DNA of 63,262 nt, the filler included, from Dimargaris cristalligena (lineage: Eukaryota), in the NCBI GenBank assembly GCA_003614675.1. It is 2 parts of 2 records of this genome, joined end to end, with 100 filler letters (N's around TTAATTAATTAA, not from the genome) between each part and the next. Parts side by side here need not be neighbours in the genome. Positions count along the whole stretch, not along the records: positions 1 to 31,584 come from ML002436.1; 1 more part is not named here. One strand, given 5' to 3'. The first letter of the stretch is position 1. The number at the start of each line of letters is the position of its first letter. Under the pieces are notes generated by a model. It was not told the DNA's origin. It searched no databases and worked only from the letters and a program-made list of their open reading frames with translations. Positions 1 to 13,431 of the stretch are shown here, one piece after another. A program made the translations under genes and the position numbers.

Positions 1-2450
1 TATATAAATATAATAATCAAATAGTAATACTTCATACCTGTGGCAATCAAGGGGACACTCCACCTTACCACAGCGTTTGATACAACTGTGTTGGTATGAT
101 AATGTCCACCCCTTCTTAGCTGTTCCCTCCAATTAAGTGAGTGGGTTGGGAGTAGCAGCCAGGCAAGTACTAAGCACTGAGTACAGGCCCATCTGATTGA
201 TAATGGGAAGGGTGAAAAAAAGCCCAACATGAGGGTAAGTTCCAACTCAACTATATAAAACGGGGCTCTCTTTTACTAAAAGCTGAAGAAATGGCTAAAT
301 ATGTTGCACCTGTATGCAGACTACCCAGGTTGCTAATGTATGGTTATTAATAGTTAGTGTCACATATGAATCAGGAAACTAAATGGTACTACCATTGTAT
401 GGCAATAATATATGTATTCCAACAATCTGGGCTTATAGCAAGACATTTGTAGTTGTTATTCAAAAGTCTACATTTAAGCAGATAAATTCTGATCATATGT
501 GCTTTAGGTCAGGTCTGTTAGGTTATGCTACACCTGATCTCCATCACATGGTGGCCCGTTTTGAGGACCAACTAGAAATGCCACAGGTTAGCCTTTGGGT
601 AAACAAACAGCTACCACAGAAGAGCCATGGTACAGGGATACTACCTTTAAGGGAATCTAGGGTGGGATACACCGGCAACCTGGGACACAATGGGGAAAAA
701 ATGTGGGAAAATGTAAGGGAAGAGAGGTGAAGTAGATGGACAACATACATATATCATCACCATTATTTTTATAGCAAAATCATGTATACTGGGAATAGGT
801 GGATTAGTAAAGGTGAGAAAACCCACTGGGTATATCCCCTCAGAGTACACTGTTCCAACAATGGGCTAGCCATGAATAGAAACCATTTGAATGGCCAAGT
901 TGTACCATGGGCCAGTTGACTTTTATTATAAAGCAAATTAATGAGCAAGTACGAGTAACAGTAAGTAGTAGGCAAATTAATATAGAGCATTATTTAAACC
1001 ACATAGTGATAGGGAATGGAAAGGATAGCATGGTTGATAGTAATAATAAGTGACTAGGACCATAGTTTTCTGGAGATCATTATTGTGCTTGGTCAGTCCT
1101 TCCTGTCAGATTGAAGGATTATAAGTCCAAGTAGAGTAGGAGTGTGGGTAAATGCCCCCGCTATCTATATTGAAGGTCTTCATCATAGTCCGACTTGGAA
1201 GTGGAGTTCAGTACTTTGTTGTGATGGTCTAGGGTATTAAGTCCTGAATATAGAAGTTTATGAAGTCTTGATAAGGTTTCCCCTGGCAGTATTACCAAGT
1301 TCTCCTTCATCAGGGTTCTGTTCGACTGTGGGGAGTTCTGCCTCAGTTATAAGCTCAGTCCCATGGACTGCTTGGCCAATGCTGGGTACTCCTGTTGGTC
1401 CAGCATTAACAGCATCTGATTTAATCCATAGAATAACTGGGTAAGTGACTAAAGGACAGTAAAGCCAACTAGCTACTCATGAGTCCTTATATATGCAGGT
1501 GCCTCATTTTTTTAAAATAGATGATTGAATTGAACCACCTGTGGCATCATTTATTGATCAATCTGAAAAGGATAAATGGTAAAAATTCAAAGCCGATGGT
1601 TGCTAAATAGTAACTATGGTAATGGGTACACTTCATATAAAAAGGAAATATCCGGAATTTACAAAATCACCAATGGATATTGTCAGCCCTCCTAATCTGA
1701 CTTAATCTGGACCTAACAATCACCCATCCTTATTAGGCCTTATAGTGCCATATTAACCCTCCCATAGTCACCCCTGGTACTATAGGGTCATCATTTATTA
1801 TATAACCCCACTCATTCTAACCCCAATACTTTGCACCCCAAATACTCAATGTACTGATCTAAGACTCTTCCAGTTCCCATGAGAGTCTTCCCAATATGAA
1901 ACCATCTGGTCAGAGTCTTTACCTATCCATACCTTAGTCTTAGTAGTATTTCCCTTAGGACCTCCCTCTGGAGCTGTCCCTGTATATATATAACTAGGCC
2001 CTATTAGGACCAGTTAGATTCCTTAGCTTATTCTTCCCCCTTAGTTTACCTTAATAAACTCTATATATACTTACTCCCCTTACACTAACTAGTAAGTGTA
2101 CTTACCCCATATCCCTTATATATACCTATACTTAGCCTTTATTGGTTAGTACCATGCCCCATACCTGATGCTAGTAGCCCACTTGGTAAAGTTTAAGCCT
2201 TACCTGCTGTTAGAAGCCTATCTTCAGGACTCTTGATGGGCTAAGAGTGGTTAACTTAGGCAACAATGTCTCCCTTTATATAGTGATGTCTAATATATAA
2301 TCCACTATTGATAAGACCATCTACAGACCTAGTATTACAAAGTATATATCTAAGTCCACATTGCCCAGTTTTCTTCTGAGCTCTCCCAGTTTAATTTTAC
2401 CATATCCTAATTGCATTTAGGTCCCAGTAGCCACTGATCCTTTATATGGA
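1..2450. other. CpG-depleted, AT-rich degenerate region (probable decayed repeat/transposon or pseudogene)
   Basis: Only about ten CG dinucleotides counted by eye in ~2.4 kb, whereas CG is common from ~2.8 kb onward. Only short, uninterpretable ORFs are present and no TE domain is recognisable. Confidence 0.4.
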
Positions 2451-3423
2451 ACACTCGTTGTCAGTGACTGAAGAAGATTATAATTACCACTAACCCCAAC
2501 GTGTATTAACATAGTTCGATTTATTCTGCTCCCCCGCTTACCTACATGTATTATTATCGCCTATTTGGATTAAACCCTAGCTTTAACATCACCATTAATA
2601 CTGAAAAAAACGAATTTCTTGGGGAACTTTTATACTATTACACTCCATGATTATTTGATTGAATAATTGGGCAAATCATTGTTCGCCAACGCCTTTGTGT
2701 AGCATTCTTTCAAGTAAGGCTAGCTAACCATCATTTGGGCTCATGGTAGTAAGCCTCATACAACGTCAGTAAGGTTAAATTAAGAACGGGGAACACCCCG
2801 GCTACCGCTCCCCCCCCCCCTATTACGTTGGCAGTTGAGCTGACTAAGCGCAGGTAAAGGTAAATCTAAGTTTAGTACCGCGGACAATGTCAATTGACGG
2901 CACAGATCTTTTAACAATGGGGCACCGGGGTTCGGCAGAACGGGCTTCCTGCATTGAGTATGTACGTGGCTGGCTGGGCCAGGGAATGGCATGACATGGG
3001 GGCTTACTTCTACACCGAAATTACTCGGCAATTTGCATTATGGTTGGGTTGCTTTTCCGGCATGTAGACTGATTTAAATGCCCTAAGGGGGGGAGGCAGG
3101 CACTATGAATGTGCATCACCCTGCGGTGAGAAATCTCATGGTAAAGATAGTATTTAAATGAATAATATGGGGCGGAAGAGTTGCCTTGGACAATTACGGT
3201 GTAAATTTACGAAGCCCAACAATTGCCGATAACTGAGGGTATAGAGCAGTTGAGATATTCAATTAATGGTGGTTGAGGGAGGGGCCTAATATAAGTCCGA
3301 ACCACCGGTCACCATGACCCCTTCAAACCTGAACTTGCACCACCGACTCTAACTACTACTACACAAACCTCTACTACCCTTTCTTCTTCTTCACCGCCAC
3401 CACTACCTCTCCCCGTACTCACC

Positions 3424-4086
3424 ATGTCCACCTTCGAAGTCTACTACGCCCGCCTCGCCGGCCTCGGTGAAACCACCCGCTGCCTACTCGACTACGCTGA
3501 TGCCAAATGGACCAATACCTACATGGAGGAATGGGCTGAAATTGCCACCACCACGCCGTATGGCAAAGTGCCTGTGCTGCGGGAAACCACCACCGATGGC
3601 CAACACATCGAACTCTGCGAAAGCCGGGCCATCGAACGCTACCTCGCCCGCCGATTCGGTTTGTACAGTGACGACCTGGTGGAAGCCGCTCGCATTGACG
3701 CCGTGGCCTCCCAGTTTGATGATGCCATGCGGCCGTTGGGCGCCGCCCGGTTCGGTCCGGAAGCTGCCCGACCCGCGCTAATGGAACACTACCGCAAAGA
3801 GGTCACCCGTCTGTTCACGCGCCACGGTGCTCAGTTGGCCGCTAATGGGAATAACGGCCATTACTTTGGGGACCGCACCACCTGGGCGGATATAGTCGCT
3901 TACATGGGTATTCGGACTTTGGGCCATTATGAACCGTTCGACGAGGAACTGTGGGCTCTTAAGACGAAGAGTCACCAGAAACTCATTGATATTTTGGAGG
4001 CGGACCCTAACTTCCGGCGCTACTTGGAACGCTCCGAGTCCCGCCTTGCTAGCTATGTCCCTCTTCCTCCCCCCAATGTCAACTAA
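3424..4086 (+). CDS. Glutathione S-transferase (Tyr-type, sigma/alpha-like), single exon, 220 aa
   Basis: N-terminal YY..R.G.GE..R.LL, TPYGKVPVL (cis-Pro loop), ESRAIERYLARRFGL, and C-terminal GDRTTWADI N-capping motif. ACCATG start context and strongly coding-like codon usage. Confidence 0.93.
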   Translation: MSTFEVYYARLAGLGETTRCLLDYADAKWTNTYMEEWAEIATTTPYGKVPVLRETTTDGQHIELCESRAIERYLARRFGLYSDDLVEAARIDAVASQFDDAMRPLGAARFGPEAARPALMEHYRKEVTRLFTRHGAQLAANGNNGHYFGDRTTWADIVAYMGIRTLGHYEPFDEELWALKTKSHQKLIDILEADPNFRRYLERSESRLASYVPLPPPNVN

Positions 4087-4590
4087 ATAGCCTGATTTGA
4101 CTAATCTATTGGTTTAAAGCACGGAGGCATTCATTTTAATGCAACGCTATTAACGTGATTGGATTACCTTATATGTTTTTGGTGGATTGGCACCTCAATT
4201 TCGCAATTGGAATAAACCGGGTTTGCTATCATATATATCTACCGACGAGATGGTATTGGGATTGAGATGTGTACTGGATACTTGAGTTCAAGAAAGATGA
4301 GAGTATCTAGTTGTTACTAATAGCATATTGGAGGTTGCTCATTTCCTTAGGCAATTTGACCACAAAATTTCAATCCTCAGATAACGTGTGGTATAAACCT
4401 TATAGATCTAGGTAGATCGACGCTTTTATAGTAGAAGGGCTATAGCTTACAGATAATCTCAATCTACCTATTCCCTAGACGACACAGAAAGGTTGGGGGT
4501 ACTTGGGCATTTATTACAAGTCGACGATAGATTAAATAGGTAGAAATTAATGGACGAAATATCCTACCAATCAATTCCACAAGCTGTGCA

Positions 4591-6072
4591 TTATTGTGAT
4601 GGGGGTATCGGGTGCAAATGCAGTAAAGTCAATAAAACGAAAACCATATCGGGTAACAATTCCGGGTAGTCCTTTAGTAACCGATTAGCCGCGGCATAGG
4701 CTTGGATTTCACTCGATGTACGCGCGGGCAATTCGAACCGTTCCGTAGCCTGGCATATGACCGCCCAGGCCTGCGGACAGGCCTCCATTTCAACCGGCGT
4801 TAGTCGATCGCGGAGGGTCTTTTCCCATAAATCGATGACCAACCCGGGATTGCTACCTAGGCGCACGTGACTATGGACGAGGGCTAGACTCAGCTGGACC
4901 CGGGTGTGGGGCTCCAGATGGTGCCAGGACCGGCGAATGCGATTTTGCACCCATTCGATTGCCCAAGTCTGGTTAAATCGGGCGAAGGATATGGTGAGGT
5001 CGAGCCACATGCGAGCGGAGGCGTGGAAGCCCTGGAGATTCATTAATTTGGTGACTTTTTGAACCAGGACGAGGTGATTACTGCGGGCGTAGAGCCGGGC
5101 CATGCTGGTGAGAATGATGGTGGCGGCGTGGTGGTTGGATGAGGTGGTATTGATGGCAAAGGTCGATGAGGAGGGGGATGATTTCGACGCAGTAGTGGTA
5201 GTGGTAGTGGTAGTGGTAGAATAAGAAGAAGAAGAGGCAGTGGGGGAAGAGGGAATAGGCAGTAATAGAGGATAAATGGTATTGTACAAACTATGGGCCG
5301 CCCCGACCTTATCCAATGCCACATAGGCCTGGAAAGCTCCGGCCCATAGATGAGGAGGGGGAGGTTGCACACCGTCGACGAGTAGGGCATCAAAGATGTG
5401 GGTATATAATAAATAGTACCGTTTAGCCTGACAAAGCCCGAGCAAGCGGTCGGTGAGGGACAGTGTCATTGACCAGGTCATTTTACGGATCAGAGTCCAA
5501 CATGCCACGGCTTCGGGGACTTGGCCCAAGTGAATAAAGGTATCTAATAGATTGACCGCCTCGGAGGATGTTAGGGTTAGGGGGGCCCATCTTAGTTGGT
5601 GTTCCAGTTGTGTGTGGGGGTCGTCGAGAAGAAAATGATCATGACTAGTAGGGTCGTTCCGGGTCGCCGTGGAGCCCTCGGGCGGAAAGGGGTCGGACAT
5701 TGCTCCAGCGCCCAGCTCGGCCAGTATAGCATCGTCCCATAAATCGGCAGGCGCTGCGGGGTTGGCGGCGCCATTCCCCGGAGCTAAAGGGCCGAACGGG
5801 TTGACGACGGGGTCGAATTCGGCATAAGTCGTCGACCTGGTATAAGGGTTAGTTTCGAGTGGGGCTGAATAAAAGATAGAGGCGGGTACAGGAGTCGGGA
5901 AGGTGCTGTAGTCGAATAGTGGCAGGGGTTCCTGTGAGGATACGGGAGAAGCATGGGACGTGCTGTGGGTTGAGTAAGCGAAGCCCCTGACTAGGGCTGA
6001 GCCCCGCCAACTGGGTGACCCTAGTAGAAGTGGTGAGTGCGGCCAGCGGGGGAGAGAACGAACAGCCCGCAT
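4591..6072 (-). CDS. Hypothetical protein, 493 aa, probably mitochondrial with degenerate PPR/TPR-like helical repeats
   Basis: Long ORF. N-terminus is Arg/Ser-rich and acid-free (MRAVRSLPRWPHSPLLLGSPSWRGSALVRGFAYST), like a presequence. PPR-like segments: NLLDTFIHLGQVPEAVACW, WAGAFQAYVALDKVGAAHSLY, LTSMARLYARSNHL. The PPR call is inference. Confidence 0.6.
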   Translation of the reverse strand: MRAVRSLPRWPHSPLLLGSPSWRGSALVRGFAYSTHSTSHASPVSSQEPLPLFDYSTFPTPVPASIFYSAPLETNPYTRSTTYAEFDPVVNPFGPLAPGNGAANPAAPADLWDDAILAELGAGAMSDPFPPEGSTATRNDPTSHDHFLLDDPHTQLEHQLRWAPLTLTSSEAVNLLDTFIHLGQVPEAVACWTLIRKMTWSMTLSLTDRLLGLCQAKRYYLLYTHIFDALLVDGVQPPPPHLWAGAFQAYVALDKVGAAHSLYNTIYPLLLPIPSSPTASSSSYSTTTTTTTTTASKSSPSSSTFAINTTSSNHHAATIILTSMARLYARSNHLVLVQKVTKLMNLQGFHASARMWLDLTISFARFNQTWAIEWVQNRIRRSWHHLEPHTRVQLSLALVHSHVRLGSNPGLVIDLWEKTLRDRLTPVEMEACPQAWAVICQATERFELPARTSSEIQAYAAANRLLKDYPELLPDMVFVLLTLLHLHPIPPSQ

Positions 6073-7184
6073 TGCTTCGTCATACGGGGAAAAGGAAACG
6101 CAGTCGAGGGAAATGTGGAGATCGACGGGCTACTGAGGGAGTACTGCGGGGGATATATCCACGGAGAGTGGTTGGCACTGGAGATCGCTTGCGGAAGGGT
6201 GGGTGCAGTGTCCCAGTAATGAACTAAAGGGGCTGTTGGGGAAGCAACGGGAATGGGGGGGAAGAGTAGAAGAACGGCTGGAGAGGAGGAATACAGTTTT
6301 GTGCCAAGATCCAAATTGGCTCGACGACACCCAGGGCTTGGATTCGAAAAGAAATGTGTCGTTGGCGCGAAGCATGCCGGAAAAAATATCACCCTATAGC
6401 GGGGATATACTCAGCGCTGGAGAGAGAGTACACACCAGGTGAGCAGCAAACTTAACCACCGGTTGCTTAGATTCACTACTATTATGTTACCTTTGCTATC
6501 CACAACAAGCAGGTTCCATTGGACCAGATTAATTCAAGACACTCCCTCATTTAGAGACTGGCCAGCTATTAAAAGTGTGGTTATTATACCATAAGCGTAA
6601 GACCTTATTCATAAAGTCCACCCTCGGGCCATTCATTAATTGGAGCGGCTTTGGTGGCCGCAATACGCACCCAGCAATTATCTACAGAAGGGCACTCCAT
6701 ACTCCACGTTAATTCTAAAGGACCGTCCGTGCATATTTACTATAGTCTATTTATAAAGATACAATTTAGGTTTTTACAAAACTACTGCAGAGTAGCAGTA
6801 CTCTATTAAGTCAGTAATAATGGTTAAGGTGGATTAGTGGGAACAATGGGGATAGAGGGGAGTTCCGCGCTACTGACCCTCTCAGAACCTCTAACTAACC
6901 CTGCTGAAATACCAGCTTGACCACCCTGACCTCTATTCTCTATATTATTGGGAATCTGTTCCTTTTTGCTTTATGACCCCATCTTGCCCGGCGCACCTGG
7001 TATTTTCCCCCCTTCGCCCTCTCTTTCCCGCTCCCCAGCCCATAATAACCTCTACCCAAGCCAGTACCCCCTTCGGTCGGCCCATTCCCCCTCCCTCATT
7101 TTGCCCATGTCCACCCCGCCTAATCCACCACTTCCCCAACTGGACCTCAATTGGTTCCAACTCATCGAAATATATATAATCAGT

Positions 7185-8502
7185 ATGGTGCCCGGTCGTC
7201 CCGAACCCAACCTGCTCCAGTCGCTCGACCTTACTAACGTGCAATTCCCCGTCGGTGACTCGTCCGGCCAGTGGTTAGCCTACGCGACTCTCGTACCCTT
7301 AACCGTACTGATTAGCTATGCGGCCTGGTTAGCGGCCCGGCGGGAGGCCGCCTGCCTGATAATGTTTGTGGGACAGCTGCTCAATGAGCTACTCAATTCG
7401 GTTCTGAAAACCAAATGGGCCAAAGAACGACCTACTAGTAAGTCGTTAAATTATATTTTTAGAAGTTATATATATCAATAATATAGATTTGGGTGTGCTA
7501 TAGGAAACTGGCGGCTATCCATTCCGGCCTATACTACATAGTTCCTGGGGAGCCATATGTCCAACTAACCTAACCTGCACCTACCCATGCTGCCTTGTCG
7601 GATGTTTATCTGTATATAATAATAACGTATCCGTTACCAGCATTCCTGGGTGAGGGCTACGGTATGCCCTCGAGCCATTCCCAATTTATGGCCTTTTTGA
7701 CGATTTACGGCATGCTCCATCTCCACACATAGTAAGTGATACCTGAGCCACCTTTCCGGGGTTGGGAAATACTATAGCGGTCCCCAATAGGGAAGCACGG
7801 ATATAACTACATTTTGCCCATCCACCATACCTCATGCAATTATAGTGTAACCAATATCTTACCGACTTTCGGAAATATGTCATGTTACCATTCGCCTCTG
7901 AACAGCGTTCAATTCCGCCAGGTCGGGTGGAAATATCTCGTCGACTTTGGCCTCGTTGTAGTGTCTTTGACCGTTGCCTTTTCCCGGTAAGTTCAACCAG
8001 GAATCCTTCCAGCGGTGATGGAGAAGTTGTCCCCGACTATCCTACTGACTCTATTCAGCCTGGATTTTTTAATAATAAAACTTGAACATTGACTTGGGCG
8101 GATCAGTCCATTGTAAAATAACCCCCCATCGCAATGGTATGACCCCCCGAATCCCCTGCCCCCCATCACCCCCTTACTTATCTTTTTATCGATCTATCTC
8201 CATCGCCTTACTGGATTCGCTCCAAACCTAGAATTTACCTCTGGTACCATAGTGTGGCCCAGGTTGGCATGGGACTAGCCATTGGCACCGCCTTTGGCCT
8301 GACCTATTTCGCGTTTATTAAATACGTGATTCGACCCTCTGGGTTTATCGAATGGCTGGTGAACCATCCCCTCGGCCAATGGGTCTATCTGCGCGACACC
8401 ACCCTTTCCGTTCATAATGTTCTCGAACAAGAGTACTTATGGCACATGAGCCACCAGAAGAACGCTGCGATGAACCCCGCCGACGCCAAAAAGAGCCAGT
8501 GA
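7185..8502 (+). CDS. CAX4: Dolichyl-diphosphate phosphatase (PAP2 family, CAX4/CWH8/DOLPP1-like), 4 exons, ~231 aa
   Basis: Exons 7185-7437, 7641-7731, 7906-7986 and 8232-8502, all GT..AG, splice in frame. PAP2 motifs: K......RP (KTKWAKERP), GYGMPSSHSQFM, SRIYLWYHSVAQV. The N-terminal SLDLTNVQFPVGD..G is DOLPP1-like. Confidence 0.9.
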
Positions 8503-11500
8503 GCCAAATATATCTTTTTTTTTGTACTCAACAACACTGGTTGTGCTTCACTGGATTCCAAATCGGACTGTAATTATGGGCTGGCTCTGGAAGGCGGAAG
8601 GATACAATCCCTAGACTAACTGCTCATGTGCCCCGATGGAGTAGGGTATTTCTGGATTTTGATATCCAATGCTAATATACTTTTTTAATATATATATAAT
8701 TATAATTAAAAGCCGAGGTTTAGAAATTTACCCACTTGGTTGAACAATAGCCTCCGTCAATTTTATCCAATTAGATCGCCGATTGAGTTAACCTGTAGTT
8801 TCCGTATGTATAGGCCGCTGCTGGGTTAAGCCGCCCCATTGGCCTGGCCCGGAAAATGATCGAGCCCGTAAAAAACCCTCCGTAGCCCTCCCCCTGTTTA
8901 GAGGCTGTGTACCTATGCCCCAGCGATATCCTAGGCGGTAGTGGCTTGATTTGCCCCGACCTGTCTTATTTTGTCTCCCACCGTTGAGTTAGTCAGCCTA
9001 TCAGGTAATTGCTGGGGGAGGAAAGGAGGGGCTGGTTGGTTGGAGACCCCCCCTGCGAGAAATACTGCAACCCTCCCCGTCTGTCAACTCGAGAATGTGG
9101 TAACCATGTTTATGATAATAGTGAGAGGAGTCCCCCCCTCCTCCACCTATACTATTGTGATTTTCCTGGCTGATTGATTCCTAGTGGGAGTCCAGCAGTG
9201 CCAATCGCCCTACCGTTTATTATCATGGTATGTATGGGTGATTTGGGACCGAAGGGGAGATGGAGCACAGCAGCGGAAGGAGGGAGTAATGGACCACCTT
9301 CCACCCACTAGCAATCCCATCTGCCAAATACAAGGAACGGTGGTGAAAGGTGTGTGTGTGTGCTGAATACAACGCGCGGGATCGACCCCCCTGTTTCAGA
9401 GAGCAGACCATAGGCAGGTTAGGGCGTGGGTGATGGAGGAGGAATGTATTCGCATGATTGACCTTTTAAACTAGCTGTTTATTGAACTGTTCAGTAATCT
9501 ATTAATAACAAGCCCATCGGTGTGGTGCTTGTAAGCCCAGATGATCAAAATACCAGAAGCAGGGCCATGCGGTTAGTAATAGTAAGACAACAGAGAAGCC
9601 TCGAAAGGTGTGACCCATACCAAACAAGGGATGTTATTCTCCGTCGGTAATTGATGTTTCCCTAATATGCTTTGGGCTATTTTGTATACCTATTTAATTA
9701 TCTATTTTATTTTTGATGACTAAAAGGCTCTTTGGTAATTCATCAAAGCCAGTTGAAATCTGAAAGCGCCACACTTCACACTTACGGTCGAGTGGCCACT
9801 CAAAATTTCCGTCGCCTAAATCCAAACAGTGGACCACTATGACCAAATAAGTGCTCCAGACTTGACACTCCCTCCCCACTCTACAATACCGACGCAGTGA
9901 AACGCTTATTGATAAAATGAGGCGGATGATCATAGTTGGGGATCAACCCATTGGGAAGACTAAGAAATTGGCTATGATTGACGCTCAGTGTCCATCTGAA
10001 TGTATTTCAATGGCACCCCGTTCTTTTGATATCTGCAACGGGTGATACTATTTTATGGTATTTTCTATTTTAAAAAGATGATAAAAAATATAGGCCTGGA
10101 TTCTTCAAAGTTAGTAAGCAGCATTATGGCTGGTGCAATCGAACTAGCGCATCGCGTCAACAGGTGGATTTCCAAAGTTTGGATCACGGACATCGCAGCG
10201 TCTGCTTGGTATATACTGCTAGGCTTCTCTGTGACCCAAAAGGACTGTCGCTCGTAAACCCCGTACAGCCTAGCCATTGTTCAGCCGCCACTTTTCGGAT
10301 CCATTGTTTTGATAATACTAGATGCCATTTACTCTAGTCTGCGTGTGCTTTTAGATTTTATACATATATATATATATATATGGATATACCGACTAATAAA
10401 CGACAGGTATCCACCGTGTTACACGAGTCTATTGAATGATTTTGAAGCATTGTTCCCCGAACTCCACCCACCCCAATTATTTTTGGACAGGTCACACAGC
10501 ACCAGCACCGCTGTTTTCGTCTCCCTAATCTCCCTGCGCATCGTACCTGTAGGCACCATGTTCCAGTTGACTATATGTGCGGTATAAGTAGGGCAATGTG
10601 TCATACATGCTTGATCCCGCTGCCGTTATGGGTTTTGCGTAGGAGAGGAATCCACTTCGCCTTTTTTTTTAATGTATATTTGAGAAAGGGGCAGGGAGGG
10701 GACATAACATTGTTGCCTCCTAGTCCTTGGGAAGGGATAGGGCGGTGGGGATGATAGGGTCTATGCGAACCGGATTGAACCCATCGGGGAAGGGGATGGC
10801 AACACCCAATATAGTGCAAACGCCGTACTATGCAGGTATTCTGGGGCTGGCGTGTCTGTGTATTGGAACTTAAGGCGACCCTCTTCCCCCCCATTTCCCT
10901 GGCACTTCTGCGCTGACATTTCCCCTCTGGGGAAATGAAGACGCCTGGTACCCTGTCGCTAAAGTTGCCCCATGGGCCATATGCTATAGGCGCCAGTCGG
11001 ACACTCAACGGACCAAGGCTTCGTTGTGGGCTTTTGATGATATATATCTGTTGCGATATTGGCTGTCGCTAGCAAGGGGAGAGGGGGATACGGTAGTGTT
11101 TGGGCCGGCAGGGTAGGAGAGGGGATGGAAGCATGGCCAGACCGATGGTGAGCGAAACCACTCGCTCGCGCTCCCCGTACTGCCTGAGGGACTTTTTCAT
11201 AATTAACTCCGGCGTGGTTCTCGTCCCCCTGATGTGCCCCTGTAATTAAACGCGGTTGGCCATTGAGGATACCTACCAGATAGGCAGGTGGTTAAATACT
11301 GGAAGGGGCTTACGGATGGTGTGTATAGCCCCATGGTTGGTGAACATAATACCCTAGCTAGCTAGTCTAGCGGCGGATAATAGTCGAAGAGGGGGATGAC
11401 GAATGCTTCGTGAGTGTGGGTCGTTTGGAATGCAGTTGAAGAGCAGAGAAGGGGAGGGCTAGGGAGGATTGGGCCAGTCTCTCCACCCATCACCAAAGAC

Positions 11501-11981
11501 GTCAACCTTTCCTTCCTTCCCCGTTATTCGATGCAGTGGTCGATGGTTTCGCACCGTTCGGGACCTTCCGAATTGGGGTAGACGGGAAGGGTGGGGTGAG
11601 TTAACCGATACACTGGTAGAGACAAGTGTGGCGGAGCAGAGTTGTGGTAGAGGTGTATAGATCTATGAGACCGAGCCCCACTCCGTGTTATGCGATGGCT
11701 TGGCGGCCACCCGAGTCGAGGTTTAATGCCGCGCTCGACCTTACGGCTTTATTTAAAGTGGGGAGTCCGCCCGCCGATAACCTGGGGTACCCCCCTTCCT
11801 TCCATAGTGCTAGCCGTGAGCGTGTGTATGGTCGGAAAACTCCGAGTGTGGAGAAAGATGGAGCGATAAAATGACTATAGTAATGGCAGCAGCCAATAAT
11901 CCAATCGAGCGAATAGAGGAAGAGATGTTGTTGCCCAGACGTATATTATTATATTGTGTGGTTCGGGGGAGATAAATGGTT

Positions 11982-11982
<1 letters not shown>

Positions 11983-12024
<42 letters not shown>
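11983..12024. repeat. (AG)21 microsatellite
   Basis: Direct perfect dinucleotide run. Confidence 0.95.
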
Positions 12025-12028
<4 letters not shown>

Positions 12029-13431
12029 CAATAATGGTGGCGGGGTGACACCCTACGCGCACCATTGGTCTTTTGGGCCACCTAGAACAATAGGCCATTG
12101 GATATATGCGGGATTTCAGAGGGCCCAAAAATAAAACCGCATACATTCAACCCACCCAATTCGAGCCCCGCATACACCCTCCCTATCCTATATGTGTGTG
12201 TGTGTGTGCCCACGCCGAACAATTACCCAAGAATTGATGTTGATCTCCCTTGTCCGATAGTTAATAATAGACTGGTTTGGTGACCAGTTGGACAACACCT
12301 GCCTTTTCTCTCTTCTCTTCATTTTTCTTCCTTACCGTTTCTCTTGTCCCCTTTGCTTCGATTCGTTCGAGGCTTTATATATCCCGTCGGAGTCTCGGCC
12401 TGCCCGTCCGTGTTGCCCTTTTACTCGGCTTGCCTTCTCCATTCCTTTGAACATATTCCACTTCTTGTCTTTTGCATTGCACGGCCCCCTCCAAGGCAGC
12501 GCTCTTCACCTGTCCTACCCTAGCTATAACGAGGACTTCCTTGTGCATTCCCTACTATATTGCCCTCGTTTACTATTATTCCCTTGCAACCGAGGTGTCG
12601 GCTTTGTTTGTCCTAAAGTCTTCCCCCCAGCTCATAAAACCCTCCCTCACCTGCACTATATACTACCCACTTTCCATTTTTTCATATTTGGCCTGGCTTT
12701 TATCAGTCAGTCACACACACATACCACCCACATATACACCCACACACGGCCCTCTCGATACTCTCCGCCCTGCCCACTCACACAGTATCCATTGGCCTCA
12801 TAATCCCCCCCCATCGTGGGCCACAAACACGCTCTCACAGACGTCCCCTTTTCAGGTGTCCAAAACAAGGTACGTCCACCACCAAACCAGAGCCTTATAA
12901 ATACCATTCATCACCATCCCGCCACAGTGCTCGTGTTGGCCTGCCCCTACCTACCTATCTATCCTTTCCATACGCTCCTATTTTCCGGCCCTCCTTGTTG
13001 TTATTGTGTTATTGATTGCTGGTGGCTCACTCCTTCCTTGGCCTGCCTGACCGGCTTTCATGAATATTTGGGCGTCTCTCGGTGCTTCCTTCCTTGTTCC
13101 TTCTTCTTTTGTCCGGCGGTGTCAACCCAACCAACTGTTCGTTGGTATAACCCCGCCACTATCTCTCGTTCGGCCAACACTAACCACCCCCTTTACTATA
13201 ACCCTCTTCAATCTTGTCATCTCGACTCTCCCCATTCCCTTTATTCCCCCATAGACCCTTCCCCATTCCATTAGGATGTCCTACACCCTAACGACTTCGT
13301 TCTGCTAAGTAGAATACCTTCTCTTGTTACCTCTTTCTCTTTTTATTTCTATTGCTCTTCGCTGTGCCCCTCTGTTTTATCTATTTTATAATCCTCGCTC
13401 TCTCTCTCTCTCTCTCTAGCTCGTAAAACTG

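Noticed and set aside
9600-10290. Coding-like minus-strand fragments
   Set aside because: Every frame contains stops and no motif is recognisable, so a call cannot be supported.
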